A program made the translations under genes and the position numbers. This document shows, in pieces, positions 1 through 13,600 of a DNA stretch of 64,000 nucleotides (its first letter is position 1; every line of letters starts with the position of its first letter). The DNA is from Chiloscyllium plagiosum (taxonomy: Eukaryota), in contig NC_057718.1 in assembly GCF_004010195.1 (NCBI RefSeq), forward strand, positions 38,005,152 through 38,069,151, written 5' to 3'. Under the pieces are notes generated by a model, which ran no database searches, was not told the origin of the DNA, and saw nothing but the letters and a program-made list of their open reading frames with translations.

Positions 1-2727
1 GTTGTTAGTGGATCTAAAGAAAGGGAATTCATGGAATGCTTACAGGATGGATTTTTGGAACAGCTTGTCATGGAGCCCACAAGAGAGCAGGCTATTCTGA
101 ACCTAGTGCTTTGCAATGAACCAGACTCTATAAAAGATCTTAAAATAAGGGAACCCTTAGGAAGTAGCGACCATAATATGGTAGAGTTCAGTCTGGAGTT
201 TGAAAGGGAGAAGGCAAAATCGGATGTAATGGTGTAACAGTTGAATAAAGGNNNNNNNNNNNNNNNNNNNNNNNNNNNNNNNNNNNNNNNNNNNNNNNNN
301 NNNNNNNNNNNNNNNNNNNNNNNNNNNNNNNNNNNNNNNNNNNNNNNNNNNNNNNNNNNNNNNNNNNNNNNNNNNNNNNNNNNNNNNNNNNNNNNNNNNN
401 NNNNNNNNNNNNNNNNNNNNNNNNNNNNNNNNNNNNNNNNNNNNNNNNNNNNNNNNNNNNNNNNNNNNNNNNNNNNNNNNNNNNNNNNNNNNNNNNNNNN
501 NNNNNNNNNNNNNNNNNNNNNNNNNNNNNNNNNNNNNNNNNNNNNNNNNNNNNNNNNNNNNNNNNNNNNAGGGCATGAGAGAGGAACTGACGAAAATAGA
601 CTGGAAGCAGAGCCTAGCAGGGAAGACAGTAGAGCAAAAATGGCAGGGGTTTGTGGGTATAATTGAGGACACAGTACAGAGGTTCATCACCAAGAAAAGA
701 TTATCCGGGGAGGGATTAGACAGCCATGGCTGACAAAAAGTCAGGAAATGTATCAAAGAAAAAGAGAGATCCTATAAAGTGGCCAAAAGCACTGGGAAAT
801 CAGAAGATTGGGAAGGCTACAAAAACAGAGGATAACAAAGAGAGAAATAAGGAAGGAGAGGATCAAATATGAAGGTAGGCTAGCCAGTAATAACAGAAAT
901 GATAGTAAAAGTTTCTTTCAATACGTAAGAAACAAACGACAGGCAAAAGTAGACATTGGGCCACTTCAAACTGATGCTGGAAGGCTAGTGAGGGGAGATA
1001 AGGAAATAGCTGGAGAACGTAAGTACTTTGCATCAGTCTTCACAGTGGAAGACATGAGTAATATCCCAACAATTAAAGGGAGTCAGGGGGCTAAGTTCAG
1101 TATGGTTGCCATTACAAAAGAGGTAGTGCTAGAAAAGCTAAAAGGTTTTAAAATTGACAAATCTCCTGGCCCCGATGGGCTACATCCTAGAGTTCTGAGG
1201 GAGGTGGCTGAGGAAATAGCGGAGGCGTTGGTGGAGATCTTTCAAAAGTCACTGGAGTCAGGGAAAGTCCCGGATGATTGGAAGACTGCTGTTGTAGCCC
1301 CCTTGTTCAAGAAAGGATCAAGACAAAAGATGGAAAATTATAGGCCAATTAGCCTAACCTCGGTTGTTGGTAAAATTCTAGAATCCATCATTAAGGATGA
1401 GGCTTCTAAATTCTTGGAAGAGCAGGGTTGGATTAGAACAAGTCAACGTTGATTTAGTAAGGGGAGGTTGTGCTTGACAAACCTGTTAGAATTCTTTGAA
1501 GAGGTGACAAGTAGGTTAGACCAGGGAAACCCAGTGGATGTGGTCTATCTAGACTTCCAAAAGGCCTTTGATAAGGTGCCACACGGGAGGCTGCTGAGCA
1601 AGGTGAGGGCCCATGGTGTTCAAGGTGAGTTACTAACATGGATTGAGGATTGGCTGTCTGACAGAAGGCAGAGAGTTGGGATAAGAGGTTCTTTTTCGGA
1701 ATGGCAGCCAGTGACAAGCGGTGTCCCGCAGGGTTCAGTGTTGGGGCCGCAGCTGTTCACATTATATATTAATGATCTGGATGAAGGGACTGGGGGCATT
1801 CTAGCGAAGTTTGCCGATGATACAAAGTTAGGTGGACAGGCAGGTAGTACTGAGGAAATGGGGAGGCTGCAGAAGTATCTAGACAGTTTGGGAGAGTGGT
1901 CCAGGAAATGGCAGATGAAGTTCAATGTGAGCAAATGCGAGGTCTTGAACTTTGGAAAAAAGAATACAAGCATGGACTACTTTCTAAACAGTAAGAAAAT
2001 TCATAAAGCCAAAGTACAAAGGGATCTGGGAGTGCTAGTCGCAATTATCTAAAGGTATGCATGCAGGTTGAATCCGTGATTAAGAAAGCGAATGCAATGT
2101 TGTCATTTATCTCAAGAGGGTTGGAATATAAAAGCACTGTTGTGCTACTGAGACTTTATAAAGCTCTGGTTAGGCCCCATTTGGAGTACTGTGTCCAGTT
2201 TTGGGCCCCACACCTCAGGAGGGACATACTGGCACTGGAGCGTGCCCAGCGGAGATTCACACGGATGATCCCTGGAATGGTAGGTCTAACATACGAGGAA
2301 CGGCTAAGAATCCTGGGATTGTACACATTGGAGTTTAGAAGGTTAAGGGGAGATCTAATAGACAAGATAATACATGGCTTGGAAAGGGTGGACACTAAGA
2401 AATTGTTTCCGTTAGGTGGGGAGACTAGGACCCATGGGCACAGCCTTAGAATTAGAGGGGGTCAATTCAGAACAGAAATGCGGAGACATTTCTTCAGCCA
2501 GAGAGTGGTGGGCCTGTGGAATTCATTGCCGCAGAGTGCAGTGAAGGCCAGGACGCTAAACGTCTTCAAGGCAGAGATTGATAAATTCTTGATGTCACAA
2601 GGAATTAAGGGCTACGGGGAGAATGCGGGTAAGTGGAGTTGAAATGCCCATCAGCCATGATTGAATGACAGAGTGGACTCGATGGGCCAAATGGCCTTAC
2701 TTCCACTCCTTTGTCTTATGGTCTTAT
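1..2727 (+). mobile_element. CR1-clade LINE, long ORF2 remnant (end of endonuclease plus RT) with 3' tail; frameshifted
   Basis: ORFs with [56 protein letters not shown] and [11 protein letters not shown]; ends in a (GTCTTATG)-type tail; assembly gap at 252-569. Confidence 0.95.
252..569. other. Assembly gap (318 N)
   Basis: Run of N inside the CR1 element. Confidence 0.99.
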
Positions 2728-3769
2728 AACAGCACTGAAAGCATACCTGGACTTCACTGATTCAAGAATGTATTTCACCACATCCTGAATTGCTCATGAG
2801 AAGGTTAAGTACTAAATGATAGCCAAACCATGAAAGAATTACTTTTTCTTTGATTGCTGAATGAAGACAATGATATCCTTCCATACCATAGTTGTGAAAA
2901 TAACGTGTTGACATTCATTCTTCCAGCCAGAGATGAGATAACATTTTGCCACATTGCAGACCACCTGTCAATTTTTTGCCCACTCAGTTAACCTATCTAC
3001 TTTACTTTGTAAACACTTTTTGACAATTTAATTTCTGAATTATCTTGGTGTATGAATCTATAATTCTATATCCTAAATTACCAAAACTTCTACTTCTGGA
3101 GCAGAATCCAGTGTTTCCATTCTCACTTGGTAAAATTCAAAGTTCCATTGGTTACCGTTGGATGAGCAGAACTAAAACTAGTGAATGGAAGAATGCAGAA
3201 AAACAGAAGGATTTTCACAGAAGAATTCATTTGGTTTTGATACAGATTTGAAGGGGTAAAGTATCAGTCAATTTCAAGATTTCGTTGTTATCTATAGACA
3301 GGCAGGGATAAAAACTACTGTGAACAACAACAAATGAAATTTGTTTCATCTAAAAGTAATGCTCTTATTGCACTTTCTACTTAAGTCTTGTGAAAATACC
3401 ACAAAGAGTGCTGTAAGCTCTGTTTCTCAAGATTTGGAGATCTAGAATGAGGGGCACAGATACAAGATCAAATGCAAGATTTAGGATGGTGGGCAGCAGA
3501 AATGTTTGTACAGAGGATTGTGATGCCATTTAATTTTAAGTGAAGCAATGACTACATTTGCATTTAACAATAGGTTCAGATAAAGTAAATATAAAAGGAG
3601 AAGGAAAAATCAGATGTTGGAACCAGGCAGGCACAACTGATTAATATTACAAATAATATGGATGTAGATTGTCTGGACCAAATAGTTTTTTTGCAGGGTA
3701 TAATTTCAAAGCAATTCTAAGACTACTAAGCAATTGTTAGTTCACTTCAAATCACAGTGTAATTTAAGA

Positions 3770-4053
3770 AACAAAAACAGAAATTGCTGGCAAAAACTCA
3801 GCAGGTATAGGAGAATCTGAGGAGAGTAAGCAGAATTAACATTCCAGATCCATTGACTCTTCTTCAGAACATGATTACTTCATCAAAAAAAAAACTCATT
3901 AGTTAAATGCAACTTCCCTAGGTTCTGAAGAAGGGTCACTGGTCCTGACACACTAACTCTGCTTTCTCTCCACAGATGCTGCCAGACCTGCTGAGTTTTT
4001 GCAGCATTTTGTTTTTTTTTTCTGATTTCCAACATTCACAATCTTCAGTTTTT
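3770..4053. mobile_element. Fold-back Penelope-derived element (family 2) with degenerate hammerhead motifs
   Basis: Inverted arms ~3770-3870 and ~3922-4020; GTTCTGAAGAAGGGTCACTGG motif; flanking near-duplication cagtgtaatttaaga (3755-3769) / cagtgtaacttagga (4054-4068). Confidence 0.7.
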
Positions 4054-4647
4054 CAGTGTAACTTAGGAGATTAGAAATTGAAAGCTTCTGTTAGCGTTGC
4101 AACGATAAATAATCAGTGCAGTAATCACAATAAAAATCTGACAAAGTCATCTCAATTTGAAATATTTAGGTGTGTATTTGAACAAGATAACTTTCTGACA
4201 GAAATATACAATGCAGAAGTTTAATTTTGGGAAATGAAATTCATCCAACTACATAAATTGCTTCAGATGGAAATACTTTCCTGTATACACAAGTTGCCTG
4301 AATAAAGGTTATCAGATTAGTTTGTCTTTACAGTGCACTTTCAACCAAATTATTTACAAAAATGAATCCGATCAGAGAACTATATCACTAAACAAAGTAG
4401 TCAACTGTCACACTGCCGTACCAACTAAAAGTTTAATCCAGTTGAAATAACTGGCATAGGTATTGCGATGATCAGAATTATTGTAGCAACACAGACTGAA
4501 GCTGCGTGTTGGGACCAAGTGGACCCCTGATACAGTTGGCTCGGTGTGAAGTTTCGAGGAAATTGAAGTTTCTGATGGGCAATATCTCTGCATCAAGAAC
4601 CTTCCATAAGAACCCATTTAAGTTGGACAGTTTGGGGAGTCAAACTC

Positions 4648-4940
4648 AGAGTCAGAATCATACAGCACAAAAACAGACCCTTCAGTCCAACCAGTTAATG
4701 CTTACCATAATCCCAAACTAAACTGGTCATTCACCTTATTCATCCTCCTCATTATTATATAAACCTCTATAAAGTCTCCTCTCAACCTTCAACGCTCTTG
4801 TGAAAAAAGGTCTCAGCCTAGCCAGCCTCTCCTTATAATTCAAACTCTGTATTCCTGGCAACATCCAGGTAAATCTCTTCTGAACCCTTTCCAGCTTAAT
4901 AATATCCTTCCGATAACAGGAAGATCAGAACTGGACACAG
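4648..4940 (-). mobile_element. CR1 3' fragment
   Basis: Starts with the reverse-complement CR1 tail (agtcagaatcatacagcacaaaaacagaccc); C-terminal ORF2 remnant (tgtgtccagttctgatct on minus). Confidence 0.75.
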
Positions 4941-5554
4941 TACATAAGCTTAATACTAACCTGGCATCTTACCCAGTTCATGCCTTACAGGTCATCGTTA
5001 GAAATGAGATCCCTTTAAGTATAAATGAGAATAGTTCCAGAATTGGTGGGGAGCAAACTATGCTCACTGGATCTTGTATTTAACAACTGGGTTCTTTGAA
5101 TTTATTTAGCCTGCTCCTTCTCTTCCTATCCCGACCTCTGTCACCTTTGATGGCTTGCATTGCCCTTAATAGGCTTTGCATGTAAAATATTCAATTGGTA
5201 AGAATGGGTGAGTTACTGATGGTGGTTAAAGAAATACCGCTGGTAATTTGGTGATGAAAAAAACCAGTTGTGTTTAGGAGCACTAAAGAGATAGGTAAGA
5301 GCTACTAAAAAATAACTGGGTTCTTCAAGGGAGCATGTGATGTCCACCATAACCATCAAGGCCTTGAGAGGGAGGTGGGCACTGTGGAAGTTGGAGTGCA
5401 TTATTTTCTCCACCAACTACCTTTGAACTAGATTTGTCCTTTTTTTCTGTTTTTTTAATTGTGACATGGACTCTGGTGGGCAGTGTTTGCTCTTTTTTTT
5501 AATTAATGGTCCAGGTGATTTGGTGCTGGGTTCATAAATAAAGAAAAACTGCTT

Positions 5555-5665
5555 TTGACATGCAATGGTAGGGTCCCTTACTCTGTGCAAGAAGGCCTGA
5601 ATTCAAATCCCACCTGTTCCAAGGGCATGTAACAAAACTCTGAAGAGGTAGATCAGAAACTATTT
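5555..5665 (+). mobile_element. Short tRNA-derived SINE, degenerate copy (family C)
   Basis: B-box-like gaattcaaatcc followed by acctgttcca...ctctgaagaggtagatcagaaa; similar to 34873-34982 and 36131-36247. Confidence 0.55.
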
Positions 5666-7520
5666 TTAAAAGAAAGCTGGTTTCTTCTCCATTGCATGTT
5701 TGGCATCTGGACAGGTAAAAGTTTCAAAAAGGTAAAACCACAATTCTGGAATTGTGCTAAACTAAAGATTTACAATAAAACTCTAGTGGTTTTTCCTGCT
5801 AAATTTAACCTGGATGTTAAGTACCACCCACCCAGGATACCATCTGGCACACTAACCTTACATGTTGCTGACACATTTGGCCTTTTACCGGTGTCAACGT
5901 AGAATTAGCTGTGTTGGTGGCCATTTAAATCAAAGAAGAGGCACACTGACTGTTTAAAAAAAATAGAAGCATGGCTTCAATAAAGATCATCGCCACTGTT
6001 AGCTTTATGAATTCCTGGACAGGTTTATTTGGGGAATCACTGCCCAGGAATCTGAAGTGCCAAGGTTCTCTAAAATGTAAATGCATCATCTTTAATCTGA
6101 TCAGGGTCAGAAATAAGAAAGGTCACTAAACCTGAAATGTCAATTCTGCTTCCTCTTCACAGATGCTACCAGGCCTGCTAAATTTTCGCCAACAATTTGT
6201 TTTGTTTGTTCTGAAAAAGGGCTGACAATTCTTACCAAAAATATGTGGGCTATTAGTGAAAAGATGTAACCCAAGGTTCAACTATCATAAACACCAACTT
6301 GAAGAAACAGGCATCATAATGGCCACATTTCCCAAGTCTTTGGATCTTCAGAGACTAGACGAATTGCTACTGATATACATTAGACCCCTGTGGAAATTGT
6401 GATGGGTAGACCTGAGGGAACTTGAACCTCTGAAGATTTGGGACGGATCCAAATATTTATCCAGACTGTCTCTCAGCAAATCTTAGACAGGGTGCTGAGG
6501 TGGGAAACCTCATTACCATTCAAAAAATACATAGATGAGCTCTTGACACATCAGGTCATGGGCCTCATGCAACAAAGTAGGACTCATGAAGGTAGTAATA
6601 TAGTTTGACAGTATAAGCTCAATGGGCTGGAGAGCTCGTGTACACATCATTCTGTTATCACATGTATTTCATTATTGTGAATTTGCTGTAACGTGATTGA
6701 CGAATTGTGGATACAGTTTCTAAAGCTCAAACTTTTAAAACATGTTGGCTGTAACATGATTACATCACTAACACTTTCAACACCGTTTCTAAAGCATGAC
6801 TTTTCTATAATGCAGGGTTGCAAAAGAACTACCTGTACTCTATCATCCTATACGCTTGGGTAACAACATAGGAGACCTACCTTGCTACCCTCTTCCCTGA
6901 CTCAGTCATATTCCCGACCTGACTATCCCTCTGGACCATACCCTATTATCTGATCAAGCTGATTTGACTACCTAAGCTCGTCCTGTCGTCTGCTCAAACT
7001 TTCCTCCTGAATAGGTATGACTATCAGTCATGGCCTGACCTGAAAAATCTCTGGGCCCACCAAAGACCTGACCATGTCCCTGATCAATCACACTTACCAT
7101 ATCAACTTGACTAATTCTCCAACCTAATCTGCCTAAATCCCCTGAATTACCATGTTTCAAAGACTGGACCTTTCAACTTCCCATATGACAGCTAACACCA
7201 CAAAAATGCCAATTCTGCATTGCACCAAAAAGGTTCCCTGATGGACATGGCACTAGGTCAGTGAAAGTTGGGAGTGGAAGGAAGGTCCCAGAAGAAAGGC
7301 ACAGCAGTGATGAATCAGGAGAATTTACATATACAGCGGCAATTATCCGGTCATTACTACTGCTTACAAATTCAAATCACAATCTCCCAAACTAGCAAGC
7401 AATTTATATCTGACTAAGAAATATCAGTTTTTTTGGATCGTTTAATAAATTTTGTTCTTTTAAAAAACTTTGTCCATAAAAAAGATAAAAGATGTAATGA
7501 TATATTTAACTGAGGCTTAC

Positions 7521-7649
7521 ATCTGAGGCACACCATTCCTGGATCATAGAAATTATATGTGTGAGCTTCATCTGTAAGGTAAACGCTGCCTCCCACTCTG
7601 GTTCCATCTCTATGTGTTGACCAACTTGTCTTGTTACTGGATCCATTCC
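7521..7649 (-). CDS. UBR2: UBR2 exon 14 (129 nt)
   Basis: cttttgcag|GGAATG...TCAGAT|gtaagc; [43 protein letters not shown]. Confidence 0.96.
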
Positions 7650-10600
7650 CTGCAAAAGACAGTAAGAATATATTTATGCAAGTTATAATGTTAAGGTGAA
7701 CAATTTTGGATGGAATTTAACAAAATTACTCAGTTTATGATAGTATTTTAGATATTTAGTAGTTTCGCAAGAGGTAAACTGCATCTTAATTTAGAATAAA
7801 ACTTTTTCACAAAACCTTTAACATGTCCCACACTGGTCCACTGAAATATTATATCAAACATAACATCAAAACATAATTAGGTCAGATGAAAGAATTGATT
7901 ATAAGCAACATCCAAAAGAAAGGCAGAGAAGTGAAGCAATTTAGTCAGAAATGACAGAGCTAAGTGCCCAGACAGCATGAGGCACAACAATCTACAGTGC
8001 AGTGATAAAAATTCAAGATGTCCAAAGGCCTCAAATTCTAAATGAGAATAGAAATCTGAAAGCGTTGGAGGAGATTATCGGGGTGGAGAGATTTGAACAG
8101 AAGGATAAGAATTTGAAAATGCTTGATCCAAGTTAATCTAGGTCAATAAACTTCAGACTGTAGATTACTGGAATTTGGTGCTTGAAAGGATACTGATGCA
8201 GAGCTATGGATGAACTGAATGGAAAGTAAGAGGAGGGAAGCAAGTTCGATAGTCAGATCTACAGCTAACAAAAAGACTGGATGAGAGATTCAACAGGTGA
8301 ATGGAGATGGAGCAGGGGCAGAAATAGGCCGTCTCAGTGATGACCTGGATATCTTGCCAGAAGCTCACCCCAAGTCAAATATGTGACCAAGGTGCCAATA
8401 CGCCAACGTAGTGTCAGGCAGTTGACAAAGAGTGGGACAGAATCAGTAACTAGGAAATAGAGTTAGCGGTTGGATACATCAGATAGGACAACAACTTTAA
8501 GAAAATAATTCTTAGCAACACAAGAAACAAGAACAGAAGTGGACATGAAGTCACTCAAGCCTGCTCCATCCTTCAAAGCAATCAAGCCTGATTTTCTGCC
8601 TCAAATCCATCTGCCTGCCCACTCCCCATAATACACTATTGGCTTCTGGCTTCTCAGACAGTCTCTCAGTCTTAGGTATCAAAGAACATAAGATACAAAA
8701 ATCATAAGAGTCCAACACAATGGAGACAGACCCTTTGGCCAAATTGGTCCAGGCCAACCAAAACGTCCATTCATGCTAACCCTCCGGTTCCCTTTTATTC
8801 TTTCCCCTCTAAACTTAAATTGATGCCTCTAGCCCTTGATTCCCCAACCCTGGGAAAAAGATTGAGTTTATTCACCCAACCAATGCTTCTCAGGATCTTA
8901 TACATCTCCATAAGTAATCCCCTCAGTCTCCTTCAAAGAAAAAAAGTCCAACCTGTCCAACCTCTCCCTATAACACAGGCCACTGAGTCCATGCAACATC
9001 CTTGGAAATTTTCTGCACTCTTTCCAATTTAATAACATCTTTCCTCTCATAAGGTGGTCAAAACTGAACACAATGCTCCAAGTGCAGCCTCACTGACATT
9101 GTTTTACTGCGACATAACTTCCCAATTTCTATACTCAATGGCCTGACTGATGAAGGCCAATGTGCCAAAAGCCTTCTTCACTGCCCTGTCTACCTGCAAC
9201 CCCACTTTCAGAGAACTGTGAACCTGAACTTGAAGATCCCTCTGTTCACCATGAAACTCCTACCTTAATTTCACTTTCCAAAATGCAAGAGCTCATACTT
9301 ACCTATACTAAATTCCTTTTGCCATTTCTCACCCAATTCCCCAGCTGATCAAGGTCCTGCTGCAATTTCTGATAACCTTCCTCACTGTCCACAATACCAC
9401 TATTTCAGTGTCAACAGCAAATGTACAAATCATGTCTTGTACATTCTCATCCAAATCCTTGATCGAGATAACAACAGTAACAGGCCCAGCACCGATCCCT
9501 GAGGCACTCCACTCATCACAGGCCTCCAGGCTGACAAGCATCCTTCCACTATTACTCTCTGCTTCTTACTATCAAGCCAATTTTATGTCCAATTTGCCAG
9601 CTCGCCCTACATTCCAAGTGATCTAATCTTCCAGAGCAGCCTACCAAGTGAAATCTTATCGAAGGCCTTACTGAAATCCATATAGACTACATTTACTGCC
9701 CTCCCCTAGTCAACCTTACTGGTCACTTCAGCAAATAACTCTAACAAATTTGTGGGGCATTATCTCCCACTCACAAAGCCATGCCGACTACTCCTAATCA
9801 AACCATGTCTTTCCAAACATATGTATACCTTATCCCTCAGAACCTTCTCAAGTAACCTACCCACCACAGATGTTAAGCTTCCTAGTCGATAGATCCCAGG
9901 CTTTTCTTTGCACTCCTTCTTGAATAAGGGCACAACATTTGTGACCCTCCAGTCATCTGGGTCCTCACCTGCGGCTAACGATGATGCAAAACTATCAGCC
10001 AGGGCCCCCGCAAATCTTCTCAAGCCTCCTGCAGTGTTCTTGGATATGCCTAGTCAGGACCAGGAGATTTATCCACCTTCATATATTCTAATACACCCAA
10101 AACCACCTCTACTGTCATATGGACTGTCCCCAAGATATCACCGCTAACTTCCCAAGTCTTCATGTTATTCTCCATGGCAGTCATAGAGCAGAAATAGTCA
10201 TTGCGAACCTCGTCAATCTCCTGCAGTTCTCCACATACATATTCGCTTTGGTCCATCAGGAGCCCTATTCTCTCCCTAGTTGTTATTTTTCCTTTAAATA
10301 TACTTAAAGTACCTTTTTGGATTCACCCTCATCTTCTCAGTCAAGGCTATTTCAAGCCCCCTTTTCACTCTCCTGACTTCCTTCTTCAGTGAAACTCCTG
10401 TTTTCCCTGTATACCTCCAGCTGCACCAGCAAATAAAACTACTCCAACCTATCACTGCAAGCTTCTGTCTAATTCCATCAAAATTCGCCTTGCCCAATTT
10501 AGAACTTGAACCTGTAGACCTGTTTTGTCCCTCTTCATAACCATTTTAAAATTAATAGAACTATGGTCACTGGTCCCAAAGTGCTCCCCAATTTCACTTC

Positions 10601-13600
10601 CGCCACCTGTCCTGGTCTACTTCCCAAGAGTGGGTCGAGTTTTGAGCCTTCCCGAATAAAACCTCTATATTATGCTTGAGGAAACTTTCCAGAATGCACT
10701 TAAATTCCACACCATCTAAGCTCTTAATGGTCTGGCAGTCCCAGTTGAAGAAAATGAAAATCCCTTATGATAATCCTATTGCTCCTGTCAGTCTCTCCAA
10801 TCTCCCTGCATATTTGTTCCTCTAATTCCCGTTGACTATTTGAGGTTCTATTGGACAACCCCAGTAACATCACCATCCTCTTCTTATTTCTTAGTTCCAC
10901 CCACACTGGATGATCCTTCAGTTATTACATCTCTGACTACTGCTGTGATACTCACCTTAATCAAAAATACAACTCCACTTCCCCTCCTTCCAGTACCTCT
11001 GTCCTGCCTGAAGCACCTGTACCCTGGCACTTTAAGATGCCAGTCCTGTCCTTCCCTTCGCCATGTTTCTGTAATGGTTATAACAGCCCAGTCCCATATA
11101 CCTACCCATGCTCAGAGCTCATCGTCCTTACCAGTCAGCGCTCTTGCATTGAAATAAATGCAATCTCATCAAACAGGCATTTCTTGCTCCATGTTGTGCC
11201 CCAGCCTGACCTGTCTCTTCAACTTAATAATTCGGATTACTGTATATCCTTTGATCCTCACACTTGCCTCTTTGCTGTTGAGGATCCCACTCCCCTGCCA
11301 ATATAGTTTAAACCCTCCCTTGCAGCACTAGCAAACCTAGCTGTCAAGATATTGGTCCCCGTCCAGTTGAAGTGCAAATTGTCCCTCTTGAACAGGTCAC
11401 CTCTGCCCCAGAAAAGATCCCAATGATCTAAATGTCTGAAAGCAATGCCCACTGCACCAAATCTTCAGTCATGCATTCATCTGCCATATGCTCCTGTTCT
11501 TACCCTCACTAGCACATGGCACTAGTAATAATGTGAAGCTTATCACCAATGAGGTCCTAGTTTTTAAACATTTTCCTAGCTCTCTATAATGACTCTGCAG
11601 GACGTCACCCCTATTTCTACCAACATCAATCATTTCAACGTGCACAATGACTTCTGGCTACTCACTCTCTCCCTTTCGAACATTCTACAGCCATTCTCAG
11701 ACATCTTGGACCCTGGCACCTGGGAGGCAAGACACCATCCTGGATTCCCATTTGCGGCCACAGAATCTCCGACCTATGACCTCCGTTTAACTATTGTATC
11801 TCCTGTCATTAAGGTCCCGATTACCTTTACCCTTTCCCCCTGTGCCCCAGAGCCAGTCGTAGTGCCACTAACCTGACGACTGCTGCTTTCCCCCTGGACG
11901 ATCATCCACCCCCTAAGTATCTGAAATGGTATAATTGTTTGAGGACAATGGTCACATGGCACTCCTGGACTCTCTGCCCTTCTCGGTAGTCACCCAGCAA
12001 ATTGCTGCCTGCACCCTAGGTGTGACCACCTCACTAAACTCTCATCTATGAAGTGCTTAGCATCTCAGATAATCCCGAGTGCATCCAGTTCCAGCTCCCT
12101 AGCACAGTCTGCCAGGAGCTGCAGCTGGGTGCACTTCCCAGAAATGTAGCCATCAGGGACAATGGAAATCTGCCTGAGCTACTACTTCAAAAATTCTTTT
12201 TCAATTAATATCGAACAAACAAAACAATCACTTTGCTGATTTTTTTTATTGCCACGAATACAAATGAAATCCTTTGAGTCTGCTCCACCATTCAATTGGA
12301 ATATGGCTAATCCTCTATCTCAAGGCCATATTTGTGCTTTTTCATGGTGCTTGAAGCCTTTAAAATTTAAAAATAAAATCAAAAAAATCATTCTCTTTCT
12401 TGAGTATATTCAGTGAGTTTGCCTCTACAGCCTTCTGTGGTGGAGGATTCCAGAGTCATTACCCTTCAAGTTAAGAAATGTTTCCTCATCTCAGTTCAAA
12501 ATAGACTATCCTGTATTCCTGGTTCTAAACTCACCACAAGGGAGTATATCTTCTCTGCCCTGTTAAAACTTTGTACCTTTTAATCATCCTTTTAAACTGG
12601 AGTTAACACAGGCGCAGTCAAACCAATTTGCCCTCGCAGAACTGTCCAAACATCCCCACTGTCAGCCTACTGAACCTCCACAGCACTCCCTTTATGGTAG
12701 GTATATTCTTTCTTTAGGTAGAGACCAAAACTGCCAGCCACACTCAGCCGTGGACTCACTAAGTCCCTGCATAACTGCAATAAAGACTTGGCTACTTCTG
12801 GGAACTCAAATCCTCTTTCAATCAAAGTCAATTAACTATTTGTTTTCTTAATTACTTGTTGCACCTGCTGGTCTACTTTCATTGACTGGTATACAAGAAC
12901 ACCCAAATCCCTTTGTATATCCATACTTAATATATCACTATTTAAATTATATTCCTCCTCTGTTTTTCACTCCACACAGTGTTAAACAATTTAGCCATAT
13001 TCTACTGCATCTGCCTTGTGTTTGCCTACTCACCCAACTTGTCAAAGTCACCATAAAGTCTTCTTGTATCCTTCCCACAGTTCACAATCATGCACAATTT
13101 TCTATTGTCAGCAACTTCAAAATGTTGAATCTGGTTCCCTCATTAGGTCATTTGTACATATTGTAAATAGATGGAATTCAAGCACTTATCCTTTTGGTTC
13201 TCCAGTAGTTTTTACCCGCCACTTGAAAAAGGTTCGACTTGCTCCCACTCTCAGTTTCATGTCTGTCAACCAATTCTCAACCCATGTCAATATATTAACC
13301 CCGAACCCATATGCTCTATGTCTAATCTTTTATGAGAGGCCATATTAAAAGTCTTGCAAAAATCGAAATACAAAACATCCACTGGTACTCTCTTATCCAT
13401 TCTCTTAGTTAAAAACTTCAGCAAATTTATGAAACATGATTTGCCTTTCATAAATCCTTGCTGGCTTCAGCCAATCCCATTAATGTTTTCCAAATGTTCT
13501 GTTAACACATCTTTAATAATAATCTTCACCATTTTCCCCACTCCTGATGTTAGACCAACTACTCTGTAGTGCTGTTTTTTTCTCTCCATCCCTTTTGGGG

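Noticed and set aside
808..2642. Long RT ORFs as a host gene or active retrotransposon
   Set aside because: CR1 ORF2 broken by stops and frameshifts into several pieces; not an intact ORF.
6641..6838. Tc1/Tigger-like MITE candidates (also 14435-14625)
   Set aside because: TA-flanked ends are suggestive but terminal inverted repeats do not match well enough.
2730..7500. UBR2 exon 15 (EKVLIEAYKKC-like)
   Set aside because: No matching minus-strand sequence found by eye; presumably beyond window position 1.
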